The notes under the pieces: model-generated
The model's database searches: none
Told to the model about the DNA's origin: nothing
What the model saw: the letters and a program-made list of their open reading frames with translations, nothing else
Source of the DNA: a virus
Virus record (IMG/VR): IMGVR_UViG_3300020159_002019
Location: 45,291 to 109,290 of that record
DNA: 64,000 bases
Reading direction: 5' to 3' (one strand)
In this document: one piece after another, positions 49,139-57,856 of the stretch
Layout of the letters: every line of letters begins with the position of its first letter
Numbering within the stretch: the stretch's first letter is position 1
Position numbers and translations under genes: made by a program

Positions 49139-49233
49139 ATTATATAAATACACAAAAAAAATAAAAAACAAGATTTTTATAGTATTTTTTCATTAATGTT
49201 TATTTTTCTTACTACATTAGTTATATATGGTGT

Positions 49234-49326
49234 ATGAAAAATAACGAAATTACGGGAGAACAAAAATACAACCCTGGCAAGATCAAGATGTTGGTGACAA
49301 CTATTGATGGTGCTGGGGTTGGTTGA
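49234..49326 (+). CDS. Second N-terminal segment of glycosyltransferase (MKNNEITGEQKYNPGKIKMLVTTIDGAGVG*)
   Basis: Ends GGT-TGA, out of frame with the main ORF. Confidence 0.65.
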   Translation: MKNNEITGEQKYNPGKIKMLVTTIDGAGVG

Positions 49327-50486
49327 ATAAAGGTGCTTATAGAATGAGATGGCCTCACGTTCATCTACAAGAAATGTTTCAGGATGAAATACATATAGAT
49401 ATTATTGATATATCTGACTTTACAGATATTACAATATATAAAGATTATAATATTATATTCTGTCATAGAAGTTTAACTCCTGATATTGGAGCAACTCCTG
49501 AAATATATAAAAGATTAAAACAACAAAACCCTAATCAAATTATTATTGGTGATATTGACGATCATTGGTTGGTTGATCCATCACACGGATTATATCAAAT
49601 CATCAAGTTCCAACAAATAGATAAAAAGATTGTTGAGAATTTAAAAATATTTGATTATGTGACAACAACCAATTTATATTTCGCTTCTAAGATAAGGCAA
49701 TATAATAAGAATGTGGTAATATTCCCAAATGCTATTAATCCAAGAGATAGACAATTTATCCCTAATAGGGAAGAAAATGATAAGATTGGTATTGGTTATT
49801 TAGGTGGTTCATCACATTTAAAAGATTTACAATTATTGCATGGTGTGACGAATGTTCTATCAGGCGATAAGTCCGTTATGGATAAGATACAATTGGTTTT
49901 ATGTGGTTTTGATTTAAGGGGGACAAAAACAACCATAAATGCTCAAACTGGGGAACAAATGCAAGAACCGATTAAACCTCACGAAACTGTTTGGTATGAT
50001 TACGAAAAAATTGTAACGGATAATTATAATATTATTTCACCACAATATAAGAACTATTTAGATAGATTTACTCAAGGATCATTTGATGATAAGAATGAAC
50101 CGTATAGAAGAAGATGGACATTACCAATCAACAAATATGCTACAAACTATAACTACTTTGATATATCATTGGCTCCATTAGTAGAAACTGAGTTTAATAG
50201 GGTTAAATCGTCATTGAAGGTAATGGAAGCAGGTTTCCATAAGAAAGCTTTAATTGCGTCACATATTGAACCATATTCAGAAGATATTATTGATGGTAAG
50301 AATGGGTTTTTAATTGAACAAAAAAGAAGTCATAAAGATTGGCATAAAACAATTAAGAAATTGGTTAATAACCCTGAACAAATAAAAGATATGGGTGAAG
50401 CGTTATATGAAACCGTAAAGGAAAAATATAACTTAGATTTTGTATCAAAAAATAGGATGGAATTTTATAGGTCAGTAATAAAATGA
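49323..50486 (+). CDS. Glycosyltransferase (GT-B fold), main body
   Basis: GAYRMRWPH, DIDD, GYLGGSSHLKDL, DISLAPL...FNRVKSSLKVMEAG. Confidence 0.85.
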   Translation: MNKGAYRMRWPHVHLQEMFQDEIHIDIIDISDFTDITIYKDYNIIFCHRSLTPDIGATPEIYKRLKQQNPNQIIIGDIDDHWLVDPSHGLYQIIKFQQIDKKIVENLKIFDYVTTTNLYFASKIRQYNKNVVIFPNAINPRDRQFIPNREENDKIGIGYLGGSSHLKDLQLLHGVTNVLSGDKSVMDKIQLVLCGFDLRGTKTTINAQTGEQMQEPIKPHETVWYDYEKIVTDNYNIISPQYKNYLDRFTQGSFDDKNEPYRRRWTLPINKYATNYNYFDISLAPLVETEFNRVKSSLKVMEAGFHKKALIASHIEPYSEDIIDGKNGFLIEQKRSHKDWHKTIKKLVNNPEQIKDMGEALYETVKEKYNLDFVSKNRMEFYRSVIK

Positions 50487-50728
50487 GGACTATAAATCAA
50501 TACATTATTGAAAACAAACGGAAAGTTAAATTAAATTTAAGAACCGTTAATGTTAATGTTGGTGCTCGACCAATTAGAGCGATTTGGACACCTGAAATGG
50601 TTCAAGATATTTCTGCGTTTCATAATATAGATGCTGAGGCTGAATTATCTAGAATATTAAATGAAGAATTAAGTAGGAATATTGATTATCAAATTATTAG
50701 GAATTTTTTAAATAATGATTTACATTAA
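50483..50728 (+). CDS. Small protein resembling an internal fragment of T4 gp23-like major capsid protein
   Basis: ARPIRAIWTPEMVQDISAFHNIDAEAELSRILNEELSRNID. Confidence 0.7.
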   Translation: MRTINQYIIENKRKVKLNLRTVNVNVGARPIRAIWTPEMVQDISAFHNIDAEAELSRILNEELSRNIDYQIIRNFLNNDLH

Positions 50729-50982
50729 TGAGAACAATAAAACAATATAATATACAACGAAGGTTAAGAAATAACCTAAATAAGTGGGATGTCGTATTAG
50801 GAAATAGAGGTGGGGTTGATACCGGTTTGGTATTTGCTCCATATATACCAGTTCAATTAGATCCGGTAATGTTAGACAATCAAATAGTTGGTGTTAGTAG
50901 TAGATATGCGTCCGTTCAGGTAAATCCGAATAATTATGGTGTTATTAATATACCGAATGTAAATGGAAGGATATTTGTATGA
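50728..50982 (+). CDS. Small protein resembling the C-terminal fragment of gp23-like major capsid protein
   Basis: DTGLVFAPYIPVQL...GVSSRYA...NPNNYGVINI. Confidence 0.7.
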   Translation: MRTIKQYNIQRRLRNNLNKWDVVLGNRGGVDTGLVFAPYIPVQLDPVMLDNQIVGVSSRYASVQVNPNNYGVINIPNVNGRIFV

Positions 50983-51203
50983 GAAGTTTAAAAAATTTAA
51001 TAGGTAGGAAAAAACCTTTAATTGATTTAAGTTGGGATAGCGCCAATCTGACTATCGGTGATTTTTATCCTATAACTAATAATATTAGCAATAATATAAT
51101 TACAAATGGTGGGATTGTGTTTAATAATTTACCTATTAGTCCAATAGGATTAACAGAGGGTAGTGTGTGGAGAGATGGTGAAGGTATTTTAAGAATTGTT
51201 TGA
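50979..51203 (+). CDS. Small protein with fibre-like C-terminal motif
   Basis: NLPISPIGLTEGSVWRDGEGILRIV. Confidence 0.5.
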   Translation: MRSLKNLIGRKKPLIDLSWDSANLTIGDFYPITNNISNNIITNGGIVFNNLPISPIGLTEGSVWRDGEGILRIV

Positions 51204-51234
51204 TTTTATAGACATTTTTTACTACTATTAAGTA

Positions 51235-52251
51235 ATGACAAAAACATTAGTGATAGATGGTAATTATCTATTAAAAAGGGGAACTAAAGGCGCTAAAAAT
51301 ATTATCTTTAATGAAGATAAGATAGGTGGGTTATATCAGTTCATCATTACAATAAAGATGATGATGAATAAGATATTCCCTGATAAGGTAATTGTATTTT
51401 GGGATGGACCCAATTCCAAAGATTATAGAAGAACATTTTACCCTGAATACAAAATACAACGAGAGGAGTTAAACAATAAGATTGATAAAGATTATCAGTT
51501 TAACATTCAAAAAATTAAATCCCAATATTATTGTGAAGAACTATATTTAAGACAATTTGAAGATGAAGGATCTGAGGCTGATGATAGTATTGCTTATTAT
51601 TGTTTAAATACTCCAAATGAGTATAAGTATGTATATACAAATGACAGGGATATATTACAGACAATTAGTGAAAATACTGAAGTTTATTTAGCGGACAAAA
51701 GAGATTTTGTAAATAAAAAAAATTGGAGTAAGTATTTAGATTATCATTATAAAAATATATGTTTAGTAAAAGTTTTAACAGGTTGTAATTCGGATAACAT
51801 AGCAGGTGTTTATGGTATGGGTGAAGCAACATTGTTTAAGTTATTTCCTGAGTTAGTAAAAGAAGAAAAAACATTAGAATGGGTATTTGAAAAAGCAAAC
51901 CAATTATTACCTGAATCGAGAGGTAGGGATGCGTCAGTATTAAGAAATCTCATTAACGGAAAATCAAAACACGGAGTAATGGGTGAAAACCTATATATTA
52001 CAAATCAAAAGATTATTGATTTAAGCCAACCTTTGCTAACTGATAACGTAAAAGAGAGGATTGATGATGAATTAATAAATGGTGTATTAAACCCTGAAGG
52101 TAGGGATTATAAGGTATTAATGAAACAAATGATTAATGATGGTATCTATTCATATATGCCGAAATCAGATTCTGGGTTTATTGATTTTTTTAAGCCATTT
52201 TATATTATTATGGAAAAGGAAAAGAAATTATATAAGAAAGCAATATTATGA
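51235..52251 (+). CDS. 5'-3' exonuclease / flap endonuclease (PolI N-terminal / T4 RNase H-like)
   Basis: LVIDGN, FWDG, YPEYK, EADDSIA, TNDRDILQ, SDNIAGVYGMGEAT. Confidence 0.9.
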   Translation: MTKTLVIDGNYLLKRGTKGAKNIIFNEDKIGGLYQFIITIKMMMNKIFPDKVIVFWDGPNSKDYRRTFYPEYKIQREELNNKIDKDYQFNIQKIKSQYYCEELYLRQFEDEGSEADDSIAYYCLNTPNEYKYVYTNDRDILQTISENTEVYLADKRDFVNKKNWSKYLDYHYKNICLVKVLTGCNSDNIAGVYGMGEATLFKLFPELVKEEKTLEWVFEKANQLLPESRGRDASVLRNLINGKSKHGVMGENLYITNQKIIDLSQPLLTDNVKERIDDELINGVLNPEGRDYKVLMKQMINDGIYSYMPKSDSGFIDFFKPFYIIMEKEKKLYKKAIL

Positions 52252-52544
52252 GTAAAGAAAGAATTAATTTAAATTCGGAAGAACTAAGGGATTTATGGAA
52301 TGGTGTGTATCATAAAGGTAATACATATGAATTAAACGGTGAGGTATATGAACAAGTGGAAAAAATAGACACATCTAAATATTCAGATGGACCATCTTGG
52401 GATTATATAATCCAAAGAAAAGATGATGGTAAGTATTTTAAATTTAATGTTTGGGATGCTGGGGAACATAATGGGTATATTTTTGAAGATGAATATTTGG
52501 AAGAAGTGGAACAATATAAGAAAATAATTAATGAATATAAGTAA
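52248..52544 (+). CDS. Hypothetical protein
   Basis: 98-aa ORF coupled to neighbours. Confidence 0.55.
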   Translation: MSKERINLNSEELRDLWNGVYHKGNTYELNGEVYEQVEKIDTSKYSDGPSWDYIIQRKDDGKYFKFNVWDAGEHNGYIFEDEYLEEVEQYKKIINEYK

Positions 52545-52966
52545 TGATAGTAAGATTTAAAAAATTAAGTGAAAGAGCGGTAAAGCCGCAGTATGCAAAA
52601 CCTGGTGATGCTGGTATGGATATGGTAGCAACATCATTAGTTAAAAATGAAGTGTTTTATGAGTATGGAACAGACATTGCTGTTGAAATACCTGAAGGTT
52701 ATGTTGGATTAGTTTTCCCAAGATCGTCAATTAGTAAGACAAAACAAATATTAGCAAATCACGTTGGTGTCGTAGATTCAGGTTATAGAGGTGAAATCAA
52801 GTTCAGATTTAAGAAATTGGATTGGGATAGTGGTGAAGTATATAACGTAGGTGATAAGGTTGGTCAATTAATAATTATACCATACCCAACTATTGAATTA
52901 GAAGAGGTAAGTGAATTAAGTGAAACTCATAGAGGTGATGGGGCATTTGGCTCGAGCGGAAAGTAA
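52544..52966 (+). CDS. dut: dUTPase (trimeric)
   Basis: DAGMD, PRSS, GVVDSGYRGEI, RGDGAFGSSG. Confidence 0.95.
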   Translation: MIVRFKKLSERAVKPQYAKPGDAGMDMVATSLVKNEVFYEYGTDIAVEIPEGYVGLVFPRSSISKTKQILANHVGVVDSGYRGEIKFRFKKLDWDSGEVYNVGDKVGQLIIIPYPTIELEEVSELSETHRGDGAFGSSGK

Positions 52967-52997
52967 AACAAGTTTAACAATTAAATATAAATAAAAA

Positions 52998-53483
52998 ATG
53001 AGTATCGGAAACGAAAAATTTAAAACACGATTTGAGTTCGTGTTAAAACTGAACAAAGACATTATTGTTCAAAGATTCTTCAACGTAAGAAAGTTTAATG
53101 AAAAAGCTGCAAGAAGTTTGTTTATGAAAGACACAACTAACGAAGTAGTAAATATCGTTAAAAAGGGTATTATGAAGAAGAGTGTAGATCACCTTTGGAA
53201 TAATTATGACCCATATGGGTTTTATTATGACGATGATGGTGAAATCGTAATTAAGGATATACCAAAGTATAATCTTAACGATATTAAAGACAACTTTACA
53301 TTTACTGTAAAGGTAGATGGAAGACCTGTATCGGAAACTATGTTTTCTGGATATGGATTATGTATCCCAGTTTTCTTTGAAAGTGGTCAAAGAATTAGAT
53401 ACATTGTAGATATTAAAGATTCTATTTCCACAATAATTTCAAGGCTACAAAACGCTTTACAATATACAGAAGAGGCTGAATAA
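52998..53483 (+). CDS. Hypothetical protein
   Basis: 161-aa ORF in replication operon. Confidence 0.55.
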   Translation: MSIGNEKFKTRFEFVLKLNKDIIVQRFFNVRKFNEKAARSLFMKDTTNEVVNIVKKGIMKKSVDHLWNNYDPYGFYYDDDGEIVIKDIPKYNLNDIKDNFTFTVKVDGRPVSETMFSGYGLCIPVFFESGQRIRYIVDIKDSISTIISRLQNALQYTEEAE

Positions 53484-53484
53484 T

Positions 53485-54873
53485 ATGGGTGATAAAGAAA
53501 ATTTTGGGTATTTAGGTGATAGCTTTCAATCTAAAGTTCTGGCTCAGATTTTTACTGACAGAACTTTTGGAGAGAACTACATTAATATAATCGATCCAAA
53601 ATATTTTGATAATCAATATTTTAGGGTTATCACTCAATATATTAAGGAGTATTATGTTAAGTATGATGCTATCCCTACAATGGATGCTATTGAAAATGTC
53701 ATCAATTCAGAGGCATCGTCAGAAGTTACAAGAAGAGTTCTTGTTGATGAACTTGAGGGTATTAAATCGGCTGAATTAGCTGACAGTAGTTTTATTCAAC
53801 ACAAAGTAATTAATTTCTGTAAGCAACAAGAATTAAAGAAAGCCATTCAGAAGGTTCAAAAGATACTTGAAAAAGGAGATTTTGAGTCATATGATAAGTG
53901 TGAAGATATTATTAAAAAAGCAATCAACATATCGGAAGATAAAGATAATGGTGAAGATGCTTTGGATAATATAGAAAATGTATTAGATAATGATGAAAGA
54001 AAACCATTACCATTCGGTATCGGTGGATTTGATAGATCTACTGGTGGTGGATTAGGTTCAGGTGAAGTAAGTTTAGGTATTGCACCGTTAGGAACAGGTA
54101 AATCTACTTGTGCTACTAAGATAGCGAATACAAACTATAATTTAGGTAAGACAGTATTACATATTTTCTTTGAGGATAAAGTTAGGGATATTAAACGTAA
54201 GCATTACGCTTGTTGGACAGGTATTCCAATCAATGACTTAAAAGAGAATAAATCAGCGGTTATTGAGATAATTGAAGGTATTAAAGGTAAAGGTAAGCTT
54301 GTATTAAAGAAGTTCCCTTCATACGGAACAACTTTTGAGAAAATCCGTAATTGGGTTAAAAAACAAAGACAGAATAATATTATACCTGATATAATTGTTG
54401 TAGATTACTTAGATTGTATTCAATTGGCGGAAGAAAGTTGGACTGCTGAGGGTGTATTGGTAAGACAATTTGAAACACTCGCAGAAGAACTTAAAATACC
54501 TATTCACTTATTCACTCAAGGTGGTAGGCAATCAATCGGACAAGAAATTGTTACATCTGATATGGGTGGTGGTTCAATTAAGAAATCACAATTCGCTCAC
54601 TTCTTATATTCTATTGGTAGAACGATGGAACAACAAGAAAGTGGTAGGGCTAATTTATCAATTTTAAAGAATAGATTTGGACCCGCTGGTGTTGTATTTG
54701 AAAATGCATTGTTTGATAACGGTTCAGTTCAAATTGATACTGATAATGTCACAGAAGAACTTACTTTTTTAGGTGTTGAAAACAAAAAAGAAGAAAAGAA
54801 AAGGAATAGAATTAACGACATTCTACAAAAAAAACAGAAAGAAAAAGTTACAGATGACGAAGAAGCTCTGTAA
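53485..54873 (+). CDS. Replicative DNA helicase (DnaB/gp41-like)
   Basis: APLGTGKST, IVVDYLD, ILKNRFG. Confidence 0.9.
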   Translation: MGDKENFGYLGDSFQSKVLAQIFTDRTFGENYINIIDPKYFDNQYFRVITQYIKEYYVKYDAIPTMDAIENVINSEASSEVTRRVLVDELEGIKSAELADSSFIQHKVINFCKQQELKKAIQKVQKILEKGDFESYDKCEDIIKKAINISEDKDNGEDALDNIENVLDNDERKPLPFGIGGFDRSTGGGLGSGEVSLGIAPLGTGKSTCATKIANTNYNLGKTVLHIFFEDKVRDIKRKHYACWTGIPINDLKENKSAVIEIIEGIKGKGKLVLKKFPSYGTTFEKIRNWVKKQRQNNIIPDIIVVDYLDCIQLAEESWTAEGVLVRQFETLAEELKIPIHLFTQGGRQSIGQEIVTSDMGGGSIKKSQFAHFLYSIGRTMEQQESGRANLSILKNRFGPAGVVFENALFDNGSVQIDTDNVTEELTFLGVENKKEEKKRNRINDILQKKQKEKVTDDEEAL

Positions 54874-54887
54874 GGAAAAAAACATTT

Positions 54888-54960
54888 TCCCCCAATTATA
54901 TATAACTACCTAATATTGATTTTATTAGGTTTTTAATAAAAAATAATTGGGGGATTTTTT
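54888..54960 (+). terminator. Long hairpin/terminator after helicase
   Basis: tcccccaattat...ataattggggga plus T-tract; inner acctaata/tattaggt. Confidence 0.6.
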
Positions 54961-55033
54961 ATTTTACCTTGTATTTTTTCTAAAAAATAGCATATTTATA
55001 AAGACAATAAAATAATTAAAAAAAAGATAAAAA

Positions 55034-57301
55034 ATGAGTAAAAATGGACTTCAATTGGCGAGTGATTTAAAATATTATTTAGATTATTCGAGATGGATTG
55101 ACGATGAAAATAGAACTGAAACTTGGGAAGATTCAGTTAATAGGGTAATGAACATGCATAAAACAAAGTATGCTGAATTTTTAAGTAACCCAAGATTTGT
55201 AGAATTATTTGAAAGGGCTGAAAATGCTTATAAGGATAGATTAGTATTAGGCTCTCAAAGAGCGTTACAATTTGGTGGTGATCCAATTATGAAACACAAT
55301 GCGAGGTTATATAATTGTACAGCAACTTATGTAGATAGAGTTAGAAGTTTTCAAGAAATAATGTATTTGTTATTATGTGGTTGTGGTGTTGGATTTTCGG
55401 TTCAATATAAACACATTGGTAAATTACCTAATTTAGCAAAAAGAAATAAAGGAACAAAAACATTTGTAGTTCCAGATTCAATTGAAGGGTGGAGTGATGC
55501 TTTTGGTATTTTAATATCTTCATATATTGAAGAAGGAAATGAAACGCCATTCCCTGAGTATCAAGGATACGAAATTAGATTTGATTTAAGTTTAATTAGA
55601 CCTGAAGGTGCTATGATTAGTGGTGGATTTAAGGCTCCTGGACCTGAAGGATTAAGAAAATCATTATTAAAATGTGAAGAATTAATTGAAAGAAACTTAA
55701 ATCAAGGGGTTAATTTGATGAAACCTATTATGGCTTATGACTTCATTATGTATATGGCGGATGCTGTATTATCTGGTGGTGTAAGAAGAAGTGCTACGAT
55801 TTGTTTATTCTCACCGGAAGATGATGAAATGATGAATGCTAAAGTTGGTAATTGGTATTATGAAAACGCACAAAGAGCTAGATCTAACAACTCAGCAGTA
55901 ATCAACAGAAACACTACAACAAAAGAACAATTCAATAAGATTTTTACATCAATTAAAGATTTTGGTGAGCCAGGTTTCTATTTTGTGGATGATGAAGATC
56001 AAGTAACTAACCCTTGTGTTGAGATTGGTTTATACCCACAAATTGAAGGTTTAAGCGGATTTCAAGGATGTAATTTAACTGAAGGTAATGGTGGTATGTG
56101 CACAACAGAAGAAAAGTTTTATGAGGCTTGTGAATCTTTATCAATCTTAGGGACATTACAAGCTGGTTATGCTGATTTCCCATACTTAGGTGAAGTAACA
56201 GAATCAATTTTCAGAAGGGAAGCTTTGTTAGGATGTTCATTTACAGGTTGGATGGCTAATCCACACATTATGATGAATCCTGAAATTCAAAGAAAAGGTG
56301 CTGAAATAGTTAAAAAGATAAACCAAGAGTTAGCTGAAATTATCGGTATTAATCCAGCGTCAAGAACGACTTGTGTTAAACCATCAGGAAATGCTTCGGT
56401 ATTATTAAAATCACCTTCAGGTTGTCACGGAGATCATGCACCAAGATACTTTAGGGTAATGCAAATCAATAAACAATCAGGTATCGGTAAATACTTAAAT
56501 GAAGAACATTCGTATTTGATTGAAGAATCTGTATGGAGTGCTAATAAAACGGATTATGTAGCATACATTCCAGTAATCGCTAATAAGAACGCTAAGTTCA
56601 AGAAAGATTTGGTTGGTATGAATCAATTAGAAGTGGTTAGAACAATCCAAAACAATTGGGTTGAGTATGGAACAAATCACGAAAGAAATGTTCAACCATA
56701 TTTAAGACATTCAGTTTCTAATACGGTTGAATTAGATTATTCGGATTATGATGTGGTAGAGGATTATTTATTTAACAATAGATTTGATTTCGCGGCTGTA
56801 TCATTCTTACCTTTAACAGGTGATAAAGATTTCAACCAAGCACCATTTACATCGGTATTATCAGGTGAAGATTTATATGATAAGTATGATGACGCAGCTT
56901 TCTTCGCTTCAGGTTTAATTGTTGATGGATTACACGCTTTTGATGGTAACTTATGGGAGGCTTGTGATTATGTAAACAAAAGGGACTTGAAATTACAAGG
57001 GACTAGGGTTGAGGCTTTAATTAAGAAAGATTGGATTAGAAGAGCTAAACAATTCGCTAAGAGATTCTTCAAGGGCGATATTAAAGAAATGGTATTATGT
57101 ATTAAAGATTTACATTTATATCATAAATGGGTTAGAATTAATCGTGAATTAAAACAAAGAGATTTTGATTTTAATGAAGCAATTAAGCAACCTGAATATG
57201 TTAATATGGATACTATGGGAGCTGTATCTTGTAGTGGTCCTAATGGATGTGAAATACCGGCAGACATAATGGAGGCTATGAAATCTTCAATAACTTCTTA
57301 A
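55034..57301 (+). CDS. nrdJ: Class II (adenosylcobalamin-dependent) ribonucleotide reductase
   Basis: YNC, GCGVGFSV, GGVRRSA, TNPCVEI, CNLTE, TCVKPSG, C-terminal CSGPNGC; no small-subunit gene adjacent. Confidence 0.85.
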   Translation: MSKNGLQLASDLKYYLDYSRWIDDENRTETWEDSVNRVMNMHKTKYAEFLSNPRFVELFERAENAYKDRLVLGSQRALQFGGDPIMKHNARLYNCTATYVDRVRSFQEIMYLLLCGCGVGFSVQYKHIGKLPNLAKRNKGTKTFVVPDSIEGWSDAFGILISSYIEEGNETPFPEYQGYEIRFDLSLIRPEGAMISGGFKAPGPEGLRKSLLKCEELIERNLNQGVNLMKPIMAYDFIMYMADAVLSGGVRRSATICLFSPEDDEMMNAKVGNWYYENAQRARSNNSAVINRNTTTKEQFNKIFTSIKDFGEPGFYFVDDEDQVTNPCVEIGLYPQIEGLSGFQGCNLTEGNGGMCTTEEKFYEACESLSILGTLQAGYADFPYLGEVTESIFRREALLGCSFTGWMANPHIMMNPEIQRKGAEIVKKINQELAEIIGINPASRTTCVKPSGNASVLLKSPSGCHGDHAPRYFRVMQINKQSGIGKYLNEEHSYLIEESVWSANKTDYVAYIPVIANKNAKFKKDLVGMNQLEVVRTIQNNWVEYGTNHERNVQPYLRHSVSNTVELDYSDYDVVEDYLFNNRFDFAAVSFLPLTGDKDFNQAPFTSVLSGEDLYDKYDDAAFFASGLIVDGLHAFDGNLWEACDYVNKRDLKLQGTRVEALIKKDWIRRAKQFAKRFFKGDIKEMVLCIKDLHLYHKWVRINRELKQRDFDFNEAIKQPEYVNMDTMGAVSCSGPNGCEIPADIMEAMKSSITS

Positions 57302-57307
57302 TATATT

Positions 57308-57333
57308 AAAAGGTGGGGAAACCCACCTTTTTT
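57308..57333. terminator. Bidirectional terminator
   Basis: aaaaggtggg-gaaa-cccacctttt. Confidence 0.8.
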
Positions 57334-57742
57334 ATTGCATTAACCTAATACATTCTGGTCCAATACCTCTTTCAATTGATTCAGGTGTTGTGAGTTTTCT
57401 ACCACACCTACCACAACTTCCTTCGTGAAGGACTTGAACAATTGAAGGTATTTTATTAATATTATTAATAAACCAATTAAAAACTTTGAATGATGTTGCT
57501 TCACTACTAATTCTTGATTTTTTACTTGAATTAAAAACACCTTTTTTGATATACCCAATAAATGAATAATTACTTGTGTTGTCTGAACCAGTTAAAACTG
57601 ATACAAAATAAATATCATTATCCTTGGCTTTACGAACTCTATAAGTAAAACGATTACCTGTGTTGGTATTAGTTATCGTGAAAATAGCTTTCCCTGCAAA
57701 AATGAAGGTTTTTATGTCGTTGTTTTCTAATTGGTTAATCAT
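57332..57742 (-). CDS. DUF6011 family Zn-ribbon protein
   Basis: CGRCGRKLTTPESIERGIGPEC; Bacteroidota promoter upstream on minus strand. Confidence 0.8.
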   Translation of the reverse strand: MINQLENNDIKTFIFAGKAIFTITNTNTGNRFTYRVRKAKDNDIYFVSVLTGSDNTSNYSFIGYIKKGVFNSSKKSRISSEATSFKVFNWFINNINKIPSIVQVLHEGSCGRCGRKLTTPESIERGIGPECIRLMQ

Positions 57743-57856
57743 ACACAAATATAATACCTTTATTTGGAACTACCAAATTTATTTTTAAAATATTGATTTT
57801 CAGGTTTATTAAAAATAGATTTGTTTTTTTTATATTGTTTTCTTATTATTAAAAAT

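Larger units (their letters stand above)
48202..49331. mobile_element. Endonuclease-RHH cassette inserted in glycosyltransferase 5' end
   Basis: Flanked by GGTGCTTA direct repeats (48194-48201, 49332-49339); carries a second copy of the upstream region and N-terminus. Confidence 0.6.

Noticed and set aside
48202-49331. Group I intron or IS element interpretation of the endonuclease cassette
   Set aside because: The insert is nearly filled by reverse-strand ORFs, with no room for a ribozyme core, and has no transposase or terminal inverted repeats. Splicing is not formally excluded without RT-PCR.
54875-55033. Cobalamin riboswitch upstream of nrdJ
   Set aside because: No B12-box or conserved core recognised; the region is explained by a terminator hairpin and a TATTTAT motif.
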